This document shows, piece by piece, positions 9,775 through 20,142 of a stretch of 64,000 bases of DNA. Every line of letters starts with the position of its first letter. The first letter of the stretch is position 1. Position numbers and translations under genes: made by a program. The notes under the pieces were generated by a model. The model was not told the DNA's origin, made no database searches, and worked only from the letters and a program-made list of their open reading frames with translations. The DNA is from a virus. Lineage: Duplodnaviria > Heunggongvirae > Uroviricota > Caudoviricetes. The stretch is from positions 1 to 64,000 of the IMG/VR virus record IMGVR_UViG_3300027721_000009. One strand, given 5' to 3'.

Positions 9775-10234
9775 GGAATACTTCACGGAAGAGGAACGCA
9801 TCGTAATTGATGTGGATCCTGAATACACTATCTCTAATATGGAGAAGGCTAACGCGGATCTAGATGCCGTGACCGAATCTCCATTCGTGAACTCCGCGTT
9901 GTTTGTCAATGCGGTGCGTGGCACTCTGGAACGCTACGGTGTCGTTCTACCTTCACACTCAAACATGCAGCAGCTACAGATGGAAGGTGAGTGGGTGTAT
10001 CAGCTAGGTGATTCCGGTCACTATGTCTACATGGTTCACAACCTGTCGCCGGAAGGTGCGGTTGAGGGCTATGCTCAGATCGTGGATCAGGAAGAACTGG
10101 ATGACCTAGCAGAACTTGGCATCCCCGAAACGGTGGAACCAGAGCAGCAGGATCGACGGGAACCTTCCGAGTGGATGAAGTATCCTAAAGCACGCAGGGA
10201 CGATGACTCAGGAAATACGAACGAGTACACCTAA
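9758..10234 (+). CDS. hypothetical acidic protein
   Basis: ATG preceded by GGTGGA RBS; acidic C-terminus. Confidence 0.5.
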   Translation: MLLKFKEYFTEEERIVIDVDPEYTISNMEKANADLDAVTESPFVNSALFVNAVRGTLERYGVVLPSHSNMQQLQMEGEWVYQLGDSGHYVYMVHNLSPEGAVEGYAQIVDQEELDDLAELGIPETVEPEQQDRREPSEWMKYPKARRDDDSGNTNEYT

Positions 10235-10239
10235 TCACT

Positions 10240-10623
10240 ATGGAACAACTTAACAATGATACTGTGCTGCTTTACGCCATCAAAGCTTACGATAAGCTGA
10301 ATTACGTAAAGTCTGAATTTGAAGAGGACTACAAGACATTTCGATATGTCAAGAGACTTCTTCAACGATACCGGCAGTCAGGTGAGTTGAAAGAGAATCT
10401 GATTCTCAATCATCTTAGTCTGATCTACAATATGTTTGGGATTGAACCGGGAACCCGATTGCTGTTCTATAAGATGGATCAGGCTGACTATTCTAGTTTG
10501 AAAACGTTTCTCGTTTACCTGAATACGATGCCCGATATCGTCCATGGTATTGAAGGAAAGGACGTTAGATCTTCTGATTATCCTATAGATCTTAAGATTG
10601 CTAATGTTCTTAGATCTCTTTGA
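10240..10623 (+). CDS. hypothetical protein
   Basis: 127-aa ORF. Confidence 0.45.
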   Translation: MEQLNNDTVLLYAIKAYDKLNYVKSEFEEDYKTFRYVKRLLQRYRQSGELKENLILNHLSLIYNMFGIEPGTRLLFYKMDQADYSSLKTFLVYLNTMPDIVHGIEGKDVRSSDYPIDLKIANVLRSL

Positions 10624-10688
10624 ATTAACCCTTCAAAGAACCACACAGGTATTATACAGGCTGGAATTAGAACTGTCAAGGTCAAATC

Positions 10689-11603
10689 ATGGAAAAATAC
10701 AAGTCAATTTACCCTACGCTGAGACAGGCTAAAACTAAGTGGTCTTCACCTAGCATCGTCGCAAAGCAGGGCGAGGGTCCGTCCCACGGATGGTACGACA
10801 TGCTCAAGAAGGATGCTCGCGCCAAGCTTGCAGCGTCCATTCATCAATCGCATACCGGATCCATTCACCGGCAGGAGCGCATCGTGCGAGAAGACAAAAT
10901 CGGCAAGCAGACTCCTTCGGCTGAGTCCATTGCGAAGAAGCACAACAAGGAAGTCGAAGAGATTCAGGCGCAGATCGACAAGGGCATCAAGGTCGAGCGC
11001 GAACATACCAACTCAGATGACGAAGCGCATGAGATTGCTCGCGACCATCTAGACGAGTTCCCCGACTACTATGACCGTCTGGACAAGATGGAAAAGAAGG
11101 CGAAGGCTGACATGAAGGAAGGCTACGATCCTGAGAAGGAAATCCTCAAGGGTCGTATCGAATCCCACAAGAACGTAGCGAAGAAGATGGCAGCGAAGCA
11201 TGGTGAACAGTCTCAGGAAGCCGCTTTCCACCGTGCGCTAGTCAAGCGTTGGGAGAAGGAATTGGGCGAAGACCACATCAAGGAAGATGTAGCCAACTCT
11301 GTCGGCGGTGGAATGTCTCCCGTCATTGGTGGCGAAGGGAATATTCATGGCATGGACCCTATCTTGGGTAAGCCTATTCGCCGCAAGAGATTCGCAGGCA
11401 AGCAAGTGTTTGTGGTGGATCCTACCACCTATCACAAGGCATACTTGGGAAAGCGCAAGTACGAACACTACGAGAAGTATCTTGAGGGTTCGCCATACTT
11501 CGAAGAGATTCGTGAGTATGGTCGCAAGCATTGGGATGAAGCAATCGTCCTTGAGAATGAACAGACGGGCGCAATGGTGTACCTAAAATATGGAAGCAAG
11601 TAA
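10689..11603 (+). CDS. hypothetical protein
   Basis: 304-aa ORF, charged. Confidence 0.5.
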   Translation: MEKYKSIYPTLRQAKTKWSSPSIVAKQGEGPSHGWYDMLKKDARAKLAASIHQSHTGSIHRQERIVREDKIGKQTPSAESIAKKHNKEVEEIQAQIDKGIKVEREHTNSDDEAHEIARDHLDEFPDYYDRLDKMEKKAKADMKEGYDPEKEILKGRIESHKNVAKKMAAKHGEQSQEAAFHRALVKRWEKELGEDHIKEDVANSVGGGMSPVIGGEGNIHGMDPILGKPIRRKRFAGKQVFVVDPTTYHKAYLGKRKYEHYEKYLEGSPYFEEIREYGRKHWDEAIVLENEQTGAMVYLKYGSK

Positions 11604-11605
11604 TC

Positions 11606-12091
11606 ATGAAGCTATCGAAGTATTTCACTCTGGAAGAGTTCTGTAAGTCACAGACTGCCGTTCGCAAGGGCATCAACAACATGCCACCAGCCGAGTTCGC
11701 AGACGAACTGATTGGGAACATGCGTGCGCTCGCTCGCAACGTACTGGATCCGATTCGCGAGAACTATGCTCGACCAGTGATTCTGTCATCCGGCTTTCGC
11801 AGCCCTGCTCTGAACAAAGCCGTCAACGGATCCGCCAAGTCTCAGCACTGTTGGGGCGAAGCCGCAGACACCGAAGTACAGGGCATTGGCAATCCTACGC
11901 TCGCACGGTGGATCATCAAGAACGTGGAGTTCGATCAGGTCATCCTTGAGTTCTACAATCCACTGGAAGGACCGAACTCCGGATGGGTTCACGTATCTCA
12001 TGTACGCAATCGCCCAAACCGTCGCAAGGTCACGACCGCAATCATTCGCGGTGGTAAGACAGTGTACCTCGACGGGTTGGTGTTGCAATGA
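11606..12091 (+). CDS. peptidase M15-family cell-wall hydrolase (L-Ala-D-Glu / D,D-carboxypeptidase-like)
   Basis: SGFRSP...SQHCWGEAAD...H zinc-ligand arrangement typical of peptidase_M15. Confidence 0.7.
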   Translation: MKLSKYFTLEEFCKSQTAVRKGINNMPPAEFADELIGNMRALARNVLDPIRENYARPVILSSGFRSPALNKAVNGSAKSQHCWGEAADTEVQGIGNPTLARWIIKNVEFDQVILEFYNPLEGPNSGWVHVSHVRNRPNRRKVTTAIIRGGKTVYLDGLVLQ

Positions 12092-13497
12092 AATCCCTTG
12101 AAGAAAAGAAACTACTTGCTCGGATGGCGCGGAATATTGGTCAGCCCGACCTCGCGCTAGAAGAGTCGATTGCTCGCGAAGAGAAACTGACCGAGAATCT
12201 ATTCACTAATCTGCCCAAAACGGTCGAAAAGCCAATAGATCCGCCACTTTTGGTCGAAGAGAAACTATTCACTCCGAGTGCCAATCTGGTTCACTCCTCG
12301 GCTGAACACATCAAGATTGCACCCTCCGACCGTGTGAATGAGTCACCGGATCCTATCTCCAAGGAAATGACTCGCCTGCGTTCACAACTCGCAGAGGTGA
12401 TGAACAAGATTGGCACGATGGCATGGGGTGGCGGCGGTACCGGTGCTGTTCGCTTCGACGCACTGGATGATCATCAGCACCCGACCGACATTCGCATTCT
12501 GGAATTCAACACTGCCGGTCCCGGCGAACCGATTGTTCCCGCAGGCTCGCTCGCATGGAATCCCACCGAAGAGTGTCTCGACGTATATCAGCCGGATGGT
12601 ACCGTCTGTCAGGTAGGACTAGAGAACTACATTCGCGTCTGTAATCATACACTCGCAACTCTTCCGCAGGGTTCCTTTGTGATGTTCGCAGGAGTGGATG
12701 AACCGGTGGGTGGAGAACACACTCCGACTGTCGTTCCGTTCACAGCCAATGGCGCGTTCCCTCCACTCTACACCGTAGGTGTGCTGACCGAAGAAATCGC
12801 TCCTGATGAAATCGGTCGAGCAACCACATTCGGTAAGGTGCGTGGATTGAACACCACTGGTGCAGCCGTTGGTGAGACATGGGCGATTGGCGACCTGTTG
12901 TGGGCGCACCCGACGATTCCCGGCGCACTCACGAAAGTCAAGCCTGCGGCACCCGATATCGCACTGTCCGTCGCAGCCGTCCTCCATGTAGGTGCCGTCG
13001 ATGGGCAGTTGCTCGTAAGACCAACCATCTTCCCTCAGTTACACACTGGCACATTCTATTCCACGGTAGCGCAGACGGCTGCGCAAGCCAATACCGCATA
13101 TCCCGTCACTTGGAATGGCAATGGATTGAAGTGTCCACATGTCAATGTAGCCAACACATCAGAAGTCACCGTCGCAGACAGTGGACTCTATCAGTTCGAA
13201 TTCAGACTACATCTAGAAGCTCCGAAGAACCAGATAGGTCGAGTCTGGTTGTGGGTGCGCGTGAATGGTGTGGACGCACCGGGATCATCTACCGAAATGT
13301 CGTTGTTTGGTTCAGGCTCAATTGAAGCTCGACTATATCCATCATGGTCATTTGTTCAGCATATGGAAGCGGGTAGTAATCTACAACTCATGTGGGCAAC
13401 CGACAACACTCAACTCAAAATCTATGCGCCGGAAGCGACTGCCTTTGCACCATCCGCATATCCCGCCGTCATTCGCGCAGTACAGGTAAACCTCTAA
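12088..13497 (+). CDS. hypothetical structural/receptor-binding-like protein
   Basis: 469-aa ORF sitting between two muralytic genes. No clear motif. Confidence 0.35.
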   Translation: MKSLEEKKLLARMARNIGQPDLALEESIAREEKLTENLFTNLPKTVEKPIDPPLLVEEKLFTPSANLVHSSAEHIKIAPSDRVNESPDPISKEMTRLRSQLAEVMNKIGTMAWGGGGTGAVRFDALDDHQHPTDIRILEFNTAGPGEPIVPAGSLAWNPTEECLDVYQPDGTVCQVGLENYIRVCNHTLATLPQGSFVMFAGVDEPVGGEHTPTVVPFTANGAFPPLYTVGVLTEEIAPDEIGRATTFGKVRGLNTTGAAVGETWAIGDLLWAHPTIPGALTKVKPAAPDIALSVAAVLHVGAVDGQLLVRPTIFPQLHTGTFYSTVAQTAAQANTAYPVTWNGNGLKCPHVNVANTSEVTVADSGLYQFEFRLHLEAPKNQIGRVWLWVRVNGVDAPGSSTEMSLFGSGSIEARLYPSWSFVQHMEAGSNLQLMWATDNTQLKIYAPEATAFAPSAYPAVIRAVQVNL

Positions 13498-14129
13498 TGT
13501 TCACGAAGCCAATGCTCTTTGCCATGTTCCCCAACGCAGCGAAGTCGAAGCTAGACCTCGACCTGTTGGTGATGGTGCTTGACGATGCGTTTCAGAACGG
13601 ATCGCTCAAGACGCTCAATCGCCGCGCATCTTTTCTTGCGCAGCTAGCGCATGAGTGTGGGCAGTTCACAGTAATCTCCGAGAACCTGAACTACTCAGCC
13701 ACAGGACTACAGAAGACGTTCAAGAAGTATTTCCCCACATTAGAATTAGCTAATGCGTATGCAAAGCAGCCGCAGAGAATCGCCAACCGCGTCTATGCGA
13801 ATCGCATGGAGAATGGAAGCGAAGCGAGCGGCGACGGATGGAGATTCCGTGGGCGTGGGTTTATTCAACTCACCGGCAAGCGAAACTACAGGCTTTGTGG
13901 GCAGGCTCTCGGTATTAACCTACTGGAAGACCCCGACTACGTATCACGATCCCCTGTCGGTGCCATTGAAACAGCCCTATGGTTCTGGACTGTCAATAAC
14001 CTAAATATGTACGCAGACCGTGATGATCTGAATGGTCAGACGATCAAGATCAACGGCGGAACCAATGGATTAGCAGAACGACTCAAATACTATGATATCG
14101 CGAAGAGGGTCTTATCGGGTGGAACGTGA
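13497..14129 (+). CDS. glycoside hydrolase family 19 (chitinase-like) endolysin
   Basis: FLAQLAHECGQF...RFRGRGFIQLTGKRNY GH19 catalytic region. TAATG overlap with the upstream gene. Confidence 0.8.
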   Translation: MFTKPMLFAMFPNAAKSKLDLDLLVMVLDDAFQNGSLKTLNRRASFLAQLAHECGQFTVISENLNYSATGLQKTFKKYFPTLELANAYAKQPQRIANRVYANRMENGSEASGDGWRFRGRGFIQLTGKRNYRLCGQALGINLLEDPDYVSRSPVGAIETALWFWTVNNLNMYADRDDLNGQTIKINGGTNGLAERLKYYDIAKRVLSGGT

Positions 14130-14563
14130 GTCAACCAGTAAAGAAGAAAAGAAAGACAGCGGCAAGATACCGCGAAGACTGGTTGGACCGCAAGTGGCGA
14201 CCGGCAATGGGATGGATGTATCTGGTGGTGTGTGTCACCGACTTCCTGATCTTTCCGATTCTTCACGCATGGCTACAGGTTCACTACGGCACTGCCACTC
14301 TTGAATGGAATCCTCTCACGCTCAAGGGCGGCGGGCTGTTCCATGTCGCGATGGGTGCGGTCCTCGGTGTAGCTGCATGGTCGCGTGGTCAGGAGAAGAT
14401 CACAAAGTACCAGACGGGTTATTACAACCGTAGTGGAATGGACGATGGCTATGGTAATGAGTACATGGGTGAAGAGGTTATTGGTCACGAAGAATCGTAT
14501 GAGGCTCGCCCTCTTACGCCAGTAGCGAACACTGAAACTGAATTCTACAGATATAGGGGCTAG
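14126..14563 (+). CDS. putative holin / small membrane protein
   Basis: Two predicted TM segments after a basic N-terminus. Located between the endolysin and the spanins. GTG start. Confidence 0.45.
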   Translation: MSQPVKKKRKTAARYREDWLDRKWRPAMGWMYLVVCVTDFLIFPILHAWLQVHYGTATLEWNPLTLKGGGLFHVAMGAVLGVAAWSRGQEKITKYQTGYYNRSGMDDGYGNEYMGEEVIGHEESYEARPLTPVANTETEFYRYRG

Positions 14564-14567
14564 AGAC

Positions 14568-15146
14568 ATGAAACTAATCAATCCAGTGAATCTGATTCCA
14601 CCACAGTACCGTCTAGCCGCATACATCGTCGCAGCCGTATTAGTAGTCGGCGCACTCTTCGGTGGCGGATACAAGACCGGACACACGTTTGCGTCAAACC
14701 ACTATACCGCAATCATTGCGAAGATGGAAGCCGATGCCGCCAAGTTGGAGACAGAGAAAGCCGAATTGCAGACGAAACTCGTCGCAGAAATTGCCAATGT
14801 CAAAGAACGCATTGTCACTAAATACGTAGACCGCGTGAAAGTGATTACCAAAAAGGAGTATGTGTACCGTGAACAAGCTACCAATAATGTCCCTGATCGC
14901 ACTGAGCTTTCTAATGGTTGGGTGTCGCTCCACGACGACGCTGCTACAGGTCGAGATGCCGACAGCACCCGAAGCTCTGATGCAACCGGCTCGGGAATTG
15001 CAGCCAATCAAGCCCTCGCAAGAGTCACCGAAAACTACACAGCCTGTCACGCAAACGCCGAACAGTTAACCTCACTACAGGAATATGTGCGTGAAGTGCA
15101 ACGTGTTGTTGCCGAAGCGAATGAAATCCTACGGAATAAGAAGTAA
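14568..15146 (+). CDS. i-spanin (Rz-like)
   Basis: N-terminal TM segment, a periplasmic coiled coil, and lambda Rz-like stretches (NHYTAIIAK, ENYTACHANAEQL). Confidence 0.65.
   Translation: MKLINPVNLIPPQYRLAAYIVAAVLVVGALFGGGYKTGHTFASNHYTAIIAKMEADAAKLETEKAELQTKLVAEIANVKERIVTKYVDRVKVITKKEYVYREQATNNVPDRTELSNGWVSLHDDAATGRDADSTRSSDATGSGIAANQALARVTENYTACHANAEQLTSLQEYVREVQRVVAEANEILRNKK
14860..15069 (+). CDS. o-spanin (Rz1-like lipoprotein) embedded in the +1 frame of Rz
   Basis: Signal peptide with lipobox LMVGC, then a Pro-rich mature part. Lies entirely inside the Rz ORF. Confidence 0.55.
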   Translation: MCTVNKLPIMSLIALSFLMVGCRSTTTLLQVEMPTAPEALMQPARELQPIKPSQESPKTTQPVTQTPNS

Positions 15147-15149
15147 ATC

Positions 15150-15527
15150 ATGGATCTGGAACAAGCAGTATTAAGGAACGAAGCATCCATAAATAGACTG
15201 GAAGTGGAACTCTCTTCTCTCAAGGAGAAAGTAGCTTTCTTCAATGTCATCTATGGTAAGTTTGATGTTACCCTAGGAAAGATACAGGAAATGATCGAAA
15301 ACCGTAGATACGAAAACAACGAAGAAATCAAGGATGTTTACGCTAGACTAGAAGCGTCGGAACACCGCATCCTTGCGGAAATGAAAGGCATTCGTGAGGA
15401 AATGAAACACCAACACGCTGAGTATCAGGCTAAGATATCTGATATCGACAAGTGGCGTTGGATCGTGGTGGGTGCTGCCGGTGTCGTCGGTTGGATCCTC
15501 AACAAGTTCTTCGGACTCGGCGCATAA
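15150..15527 (+). CDS. coiled-coil protein with C-terminal TM segment (possible lysis regulator)
   Basis: 125-aa ORF; heptad-rich; C-terminal hydrophobic stretch WIVVGAAGVVGWIL. Confidence 0.4.
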   Translation: MDLEQAVLRNEASINRLEVELSSLKEKVAFFNVIYGKFDVTLGKIQEMIENRRYENNEEIKDVYARLEASEHRILAEMKGIREEMKHQHAEYQAKISDIDKWRWIVVGAAGVVGWILNKFFGLGA

Positions 15528-15533
15528 TCACCC

Positions 15534-15562
15534 TTGATTAGTTGAGCCATACGTGGTATCAT
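15534..15562 (+). promoter_or_regulatory. sigma70-like promoter (TTGATT-N17-TATCAT); predicted TSS at or next to the primase ATG
   Basis: Hexamers with a 17-nt spacer read directly from the sequence. Confidence 0.4.
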
Positions 15563-15569
15563 ACCATGT

Positions 15570-16604
15570 ATGAGTATCTACATTGATCGCAAATTCATCG
15601 GACTAATACAATACCGATTAGAGGGTTTCACACAAAAGAAACCAGACCTCTATAATTGCCGTTGTCCCTTCTGCCTCGACTCTAATAAGAGTAAGAGCAA
15701 GAAGCGCGGATACATTTACAAACTCCACGGCATCGAATCGTATGCTTACCGTTGTCATAATTGTGGTAAGTCAATCTCCCTCGGACATTTGATTGAAGCA
15801 ATTGACTCTAATGCGTATAAGGAATACGTCTTGGAGAAGTATTGCGCGGGTGCGAACAAGCACGCGCCTGTGGAGAAACCTGACTTCGGCAACCTGAAAG
15901 GAAATGCCGCAGAGTATTTCCGCAACCATCCAAAAAATCTAAGCATATCAAGCATCTACGCGCTCCCCGAAGAGCATCCTGCGCGTGCCTATATATTGGA
16001 CCGACGCATTCCGGAGAAGTTCTGGAACGATATCTACTACACGGATAAGTTCTTCGACTTCCTCAATGCGGATTTTCCGGATCACGGAAAGACAGAGAAA
16101 GAAGTTCCCAACGATGCCCGAATCGTGTTACTATACACGGATCGCGGTGGATATGTAACGCACGTAGCGGGGCGTGCCATAGATAAGAGTAACGGACTAC
16201 GGTATGTCAGTATCAAAGTATCGGACGTTGACAGAAAGATTTTCGGAGCGCATCGACTCGATCTTAGCAAACCCTCCTACGTGGTTGAAGGTCAGTTTGA
16301 TAGTCTCTTTGTTGATAACTGTGTGGCAAGCGGCGACTCTAATCTTCTTGGCGTTGTGGATTATTTTGCTACCGGAGACTGGACGCTAATCTTCGACAAC
16401 GAGCCACGCAACAAACAGATTGCGAAGGCTTTGGAAGTCGCGATAGATAAGGGATACAAGGTTGTTATCTTCCCGTCTGACTTAGAGCAGAAGGATATCA
16501 ACGATATGGTACTTGCGGGACATGACGTACAAGCATTGATTCGCGAGAACACATACAAGGGTGCATTGGCTATGTTAAGATTTCAAAGGTGGAAAAGAGT
16601 ATGA
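15570..16604 (+). CDS. DNA primase (zinc-ribbon + TOPRIM, T4 gp61-like)
   Basis: CRCPFC...CHNCG zinc ribbon, then TOPRIM motifs (EGQFD, DNEPRN, DIND). Confidence 0.75.
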   Translation: MSIYIDRKFIGLIQYRLEGFTQKKPDLYNCRCPFCLDSNKSKSKKRGYIYKLHGIESYAYRCHNCGKSISLGHLIEAIDSNAYKEYVLEKYCAGANKHAPVEKPDFGNLKGNAAEYFRNHPKNLSISSIYALPEEHPARAYILDRRIPEKFWNDIYYTDKFFDFLNADFPDHGKTEKEVPNDARIVLLYTDRGGYVTHVAGRAIDKSNGLRYVSIKVSDVDRKIFGAHRLDLSKPSYVVEGQFDSLFVDNCVASGDSNLLGVVDYFATGDWTLIFDNEPRNKQIAKALEVAIDKGYKVVIFPSDLEQKDINDMVLAGHDVQALIRENTYKGALAMLRFQRWKRV

Positions 16605-17422
16605 GAAGCAGTGACATTGGTGGATTTGAACCTTCGCCCGTTCCGGAACACGTACCGGAGATCGTTCTAGCCGAAGGTCCGTTGGGTGTGACCGTGAAGG
16701 AAGTCCTTCCCAATCCGAACAACGTGAACATTGCGCAGTACGCAGTTCCGGAAGATAACGTAGTCGAGGTTCTCGACGGCGGCTTTGTCCGTCTTGTGGA
16801 TTCCATGGGCAACGACCTCTCCATCGTTCGCTCCGCTCGCGTATCCTACGATGCCGACTGGCGCGAGGGTGACGAACAGAAGGATGCGAAGCTAATCGCG
16901 TACCTGATGAAGAATCGCCACACTTCGCCTTTTGAATCAGTGACGTTCACCTTTGAAGTCAAGGCTCCTATCTTTGTGTTCCGTCAGTGGCACCGTCACC
17001 GCACATGGGCATACAACGAAATCTCCGCACGCTACACTGAACTGGATGAAGGCTATTACGTCCCGGCAGTGGAACAGATCACCACTCAGTCCACTTCGAA
17101 CAAACAGATGCGTACCAACGAACAACATCCTCAAGCCGGATGGATGCGCCGCGAGATTGACGAACAGAATGAAGCGGCATTCACAACTTACAGAACACTC
17201 ATTGCGAAGGGTTGCCCTCGCGAACTCGCACGCTCCGTACTTCCTGTCGGCGCATATTCGCGCATGTTCGCCACCGTCGATCTACACAACCTGTTCCACT
17301 TCCTGCGCCTCAGACTCCATGAGCATTCACAATATGAAATCCGCGTCTATGCGGAAGCCATGCTACAGTTGATTGAACCTATAGTGCCTGTAGCCGTCAA
17401 AGAATTCAAGAACACACTCTAA
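16601..17422 (+). CDS. thyX: flavin-dependent thymidylate synthase ThyX
   Basis: ThyX signature RHRxxxxxxS (FRQWHRHRTWAYNEISARY). Confidence 0.85.
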   Translation: MRSSDIGGFEPSPVPEHVPEIVLAEGPLGVTVKEVLPNPNNVNIAQYAVPEDNVVEVLDGGFVRLVDSMGNDLSIVRSARVSYDADWREGDEQKDAKLIAYLMKNRHTSPFESVTFTFEVKAPIFVFRQWHRHRTWAYNEISARYTELDEGYYVPAVEQITTQSTSNKQMRTNEQHPQAGWMRREIDEQNEAAFTTYRTLIAKGCPRELARSVLPVGAYSRMFATVDLHNLFHFLRLRLHEHSQYEIRVYAEAMLQLIEPIVPVAVKEFKNTL

Positions 17423-17431
17423 GGGACTATC

Positions 17432-19318
17432 ATGACTTCACGCCTACCATCCATCTATCAGGATTACATCCACATTTCCCGTTACGCACGCTACCGCGAC
17501 GATCTAGGTCGCCGGGAGACTTGGGATGAAACGGTTGATCGCTACCTCAACCACTTCAAGAAGTTCACGAACAACAACAAGAAAATCCCATGGGATGAAC
17601 TCCGCGAAGGAATCCTGAACCTAGAAGTCATGCCATCCATGCGTGCGCTGATGACGGCAGGACCGGCACTAGAGAAGGATCAGGTCGCAGGCTACAATTG
17701 CTCGTATGCAGTCATCGACAACCCCAAGGTCTTTGATGAAATCATGTACATCCTCATGTGCGGCACCGGAGTCGGCTACTCAGTCGAGTCTCGCTACACA
17801 AACAAACTTCCGGAGATTCCAGATGAAATCCACGAAACAGAAACAACCATCGTCGTCCGTGATTCAAAGATTGGGTGGGCAACCGCATATCGTGAATTTA
17901 TCTCTCTGCTCTATTCCGGTAAACTTGCTCGCTATGACGTATCTAAGGTGCGAAAGGCGGGTGAACGACTTAAGACGTTTGGTGGGCGTGCTTCTGGTCC
18001 CGAGCCTCTTGCTGACCTATTCGAATTCACTCGACAGGTCTTTCAGAAGGCTAGAGGAAGAAAGCTTACAACGCTAGAGTGTTCCGATATCGTCTGTAAG
18101 GTTGCGGATATCGTGGTTGTCGGTGGTGTTCGCCGCTCCGCATTGATCTGCCTCTCCGACCTGAACGATGACTATCTACGTAACGCGAAGTCTGGTCAGT
18201 GGTGGGTATCCGATCCGCATCGTCAGCTTGCGAATATCTCCGCAGTGTACGAGCGCAAGCCATCCATGGAAACATTCATTCGCGAATGGGTTGCTCTCTA
18301 CAACTCCAAGTCTGGTGAACGTGGTATCTTCTCGCGTGAAGCTTCGCAGCTTGTCGCTGCCAAGTACGGCAGACGCGACGAGAACATCGACTATGGTACG
18401 AATCCTTGCTCTGAAATCATTCTGCGTCCAGACCAGTTCTGTAATCTCAGTGAAGTGGTTGTGCGTGCGGAAGATGATCTTGCAACCCTCGCACGCAAAG
18501 TCACACTCGCAACGATTCTCGGCACACTCCAAGCCACGCAGACTAACTTCCGTTATCTGTCTAAGCGTTGGAAGAACAACACGGAAGAGGAAGCACTTCT
18601 CGGTGTGTCGCTGACGGGCATCATGGACAATCCCCTGATGAACAGTCCGGTGAATGGATTAGCTGATAACCTGAGTAGGCTGCGTGAGATTGCCGTCAAT
18701 GTCAACAAGCAATACGCGAAGATCCTCGGCATCAATCAAGCCGCAGCCATCACTTGTGTCAAGCCATCCGGCACCGTGTCGCAGCTAGTCGATTCCGCAT
18801 CCGGTATTCATCCTCGCTATGCTCCGTACTACATTCGGCGCGTGCGTGGTGACAAAAAAGATCCACTCGCAGACTTCATGGTATCCCACGGCTACACCGC
18901 AGAGGATGACTTCTATGGTGCGCAGCGTTGGGTCTTCGGATTCCCTCAGAAGGCTCCCGAAGGCGCAGTGGTCACTGCCAACGTAACCGCGATTCAGCAG
19001 TTGGAACTGTGGAAGGTCTATCAGGAACATTGGTGCGAACACAAGCCGTCGATCACGGTCTACGTGGGCGACGATGAATGGATGGAAGTTGGCGCATGGG
19101 TCTACAAGAACATCGACACTCTATCCGGCGTATCGTTCCTGCCGCGTGACACCGGCAGCTACCGTCAGGCTCCGTATGAGGAAATCACGGAAGAGAAGTA
19201 CAACGAACTGGTCGCGGCGCAACGCCTAGATATTGATTGGACTCAGTTCCGTGAAGGCACCGACAATACTGAGAGTGCCAAGACTTTAGCATGTGTTGCG
19301 GGAGTATGTGAAATCTAA
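17432..19318 (+). CDS. ribonucleotide reductase, single-chain; probably class II (NrdJ-like)
   Basis: TNPCSEIIL...CNLSEV active-site region. No adjacent beta-subunit gene. Confidence 0.6.
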   Translation: MTSRLPSIYQDYIHISRYARYRDDLGRRETWDETVDRYLNHFKKFTNNNKKIPWDELREGILNLEVMPSMRALMTAGPALEKDQVAGYNCSYAVIDNPKVFDEIMYILMCGTGVGYSVESRYTNKLPEIPDEIHETETTIVVRDSKIGWATAYREFISLLYSGKLARYDVSKVRKAGERLKTFGGRASGPEPLADLFEFTRQVFQKARGRKLTTLECSDIVCKVADIVVVGGVRRSALICLSDLNDDYLRNAKSGQWWVSDPHRQLANISAVYERKPSMETFIREWVALYNSKSGERGIFSREASQLVAAKYGRRDENIDYGTNPCSEIILRPDQFCNLSEVVVRAEDDLATLARKVTLATILGTLQATQTNFRYLSKRWKNNTEEEALLGVSLTGIMDNPLMNSPVNGLADNLSRLREIAVNVNKQYAKILGINQAAAITCVKPSGTVSQLVDSASGIHPRYAPYYIRRVRGDKKDPLADFMVSHGYTAEDDFYGAQRWVFGFPQKAPEGAVVTANVTAIQQLELWKVYQEHWCEHKPSITVYVGDDEWMEVGAWVYKNIDTLSGVSFLPRDTGSYRQAPYEEITEEKYNELVAAQRLDIDWTQFREGTDNTESAKTLACVAGVCEI

Positions 19319-20142
19319 TGCTTAATGAACTACAGAATGATATGCCGAATGTGTTTGAAAACACCTTGAAGGGTTTCCCTACGGTTCGCTACATTTCCCT
19401 CAAGGAAAGTGTGAACCGCAGGAACTTCATGAAGCAGCAATTGGACATGTATGGGATCCCACACCGTCCATTCATCGTGGATCGCTATTCAGAAATCAAA
19501 GATAGCGTTGATGTGAACGTAATTCCAGAAAGCGCAAGATTCGCATTGTCACCATTGCAGATCGGCTGCGCAATATCTCAAATCGAAAACATGAGAGATT
19601 GGTTGGATAACACCGACGAAGAATATGTCATCTTCTGTGATGACGATATGAACTTCGATAGTATTTTCTATTGGACGTTTACGTGGAAAGAGTTTGTCGA
19701 GAACCTTCCGCCTAACTGGAATATCATCCAGTTGATCCGTATGGATGATAGCGAAGAACTCTACGGTGTGAATCTCAAGTTGCAACACGGTAGGTTTTGG
19801 GGAACCGCACGCCTGATGAACCGTGGATCCGTGGAATGGCTGTTGGGCATCCTACAGAATCCAGACGGCTCATACAATCTGGTTGCCAATGGTGGAGAGT
19901 TCATGCCCATTGTGGAGAACGTCCTCTTCCTCAATCTCCCTAGAGTGTACAACTTCCCACTACTCACCGAGTTCAACAACGAGAATCTGAACTCTACGGG
20001 ATTGGTATACATAGATGATAGCGAGAAAGAGAACCATCTTAAGTCCAAGGCGCGGTGTAAGTATTACAACTACGTCATCGACAAGCGATGGGAATTGATG
20101 GGTAAGTATGTAAACATCCGTGAGGCGTTAGCAATACCATGA
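19318..20142 (+). CDS. glycosyltransferase family 25
   Basis: GT25-like N-terminal region (ISL...S..RR) and a DDD motif. Confidence 0.6.
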   Translation: MLNELQNDMPNVFENTLKGFPTVRYISLKESVNRRNFMKQQLDMYGIPHRPFIVDRYSEIKDSVDVNVIPESARFALSPLQIGCAISQIENMRDWLDNTDEEYVIFCDDDMNFDSIFYWTFTWKEFVENLPPNWNIIQLIRMDDSEELYGVNLKLQHGRFWGTARLMNRGSVEWLLGILQNPDGSYNLVANGGEFMPIVENVLFLNLPRVYNFPLLTEFNNENLNSTGLVYIDDSEKENHLKSKARCKYYNYVIDKRWELMGKYVNIREALAIP

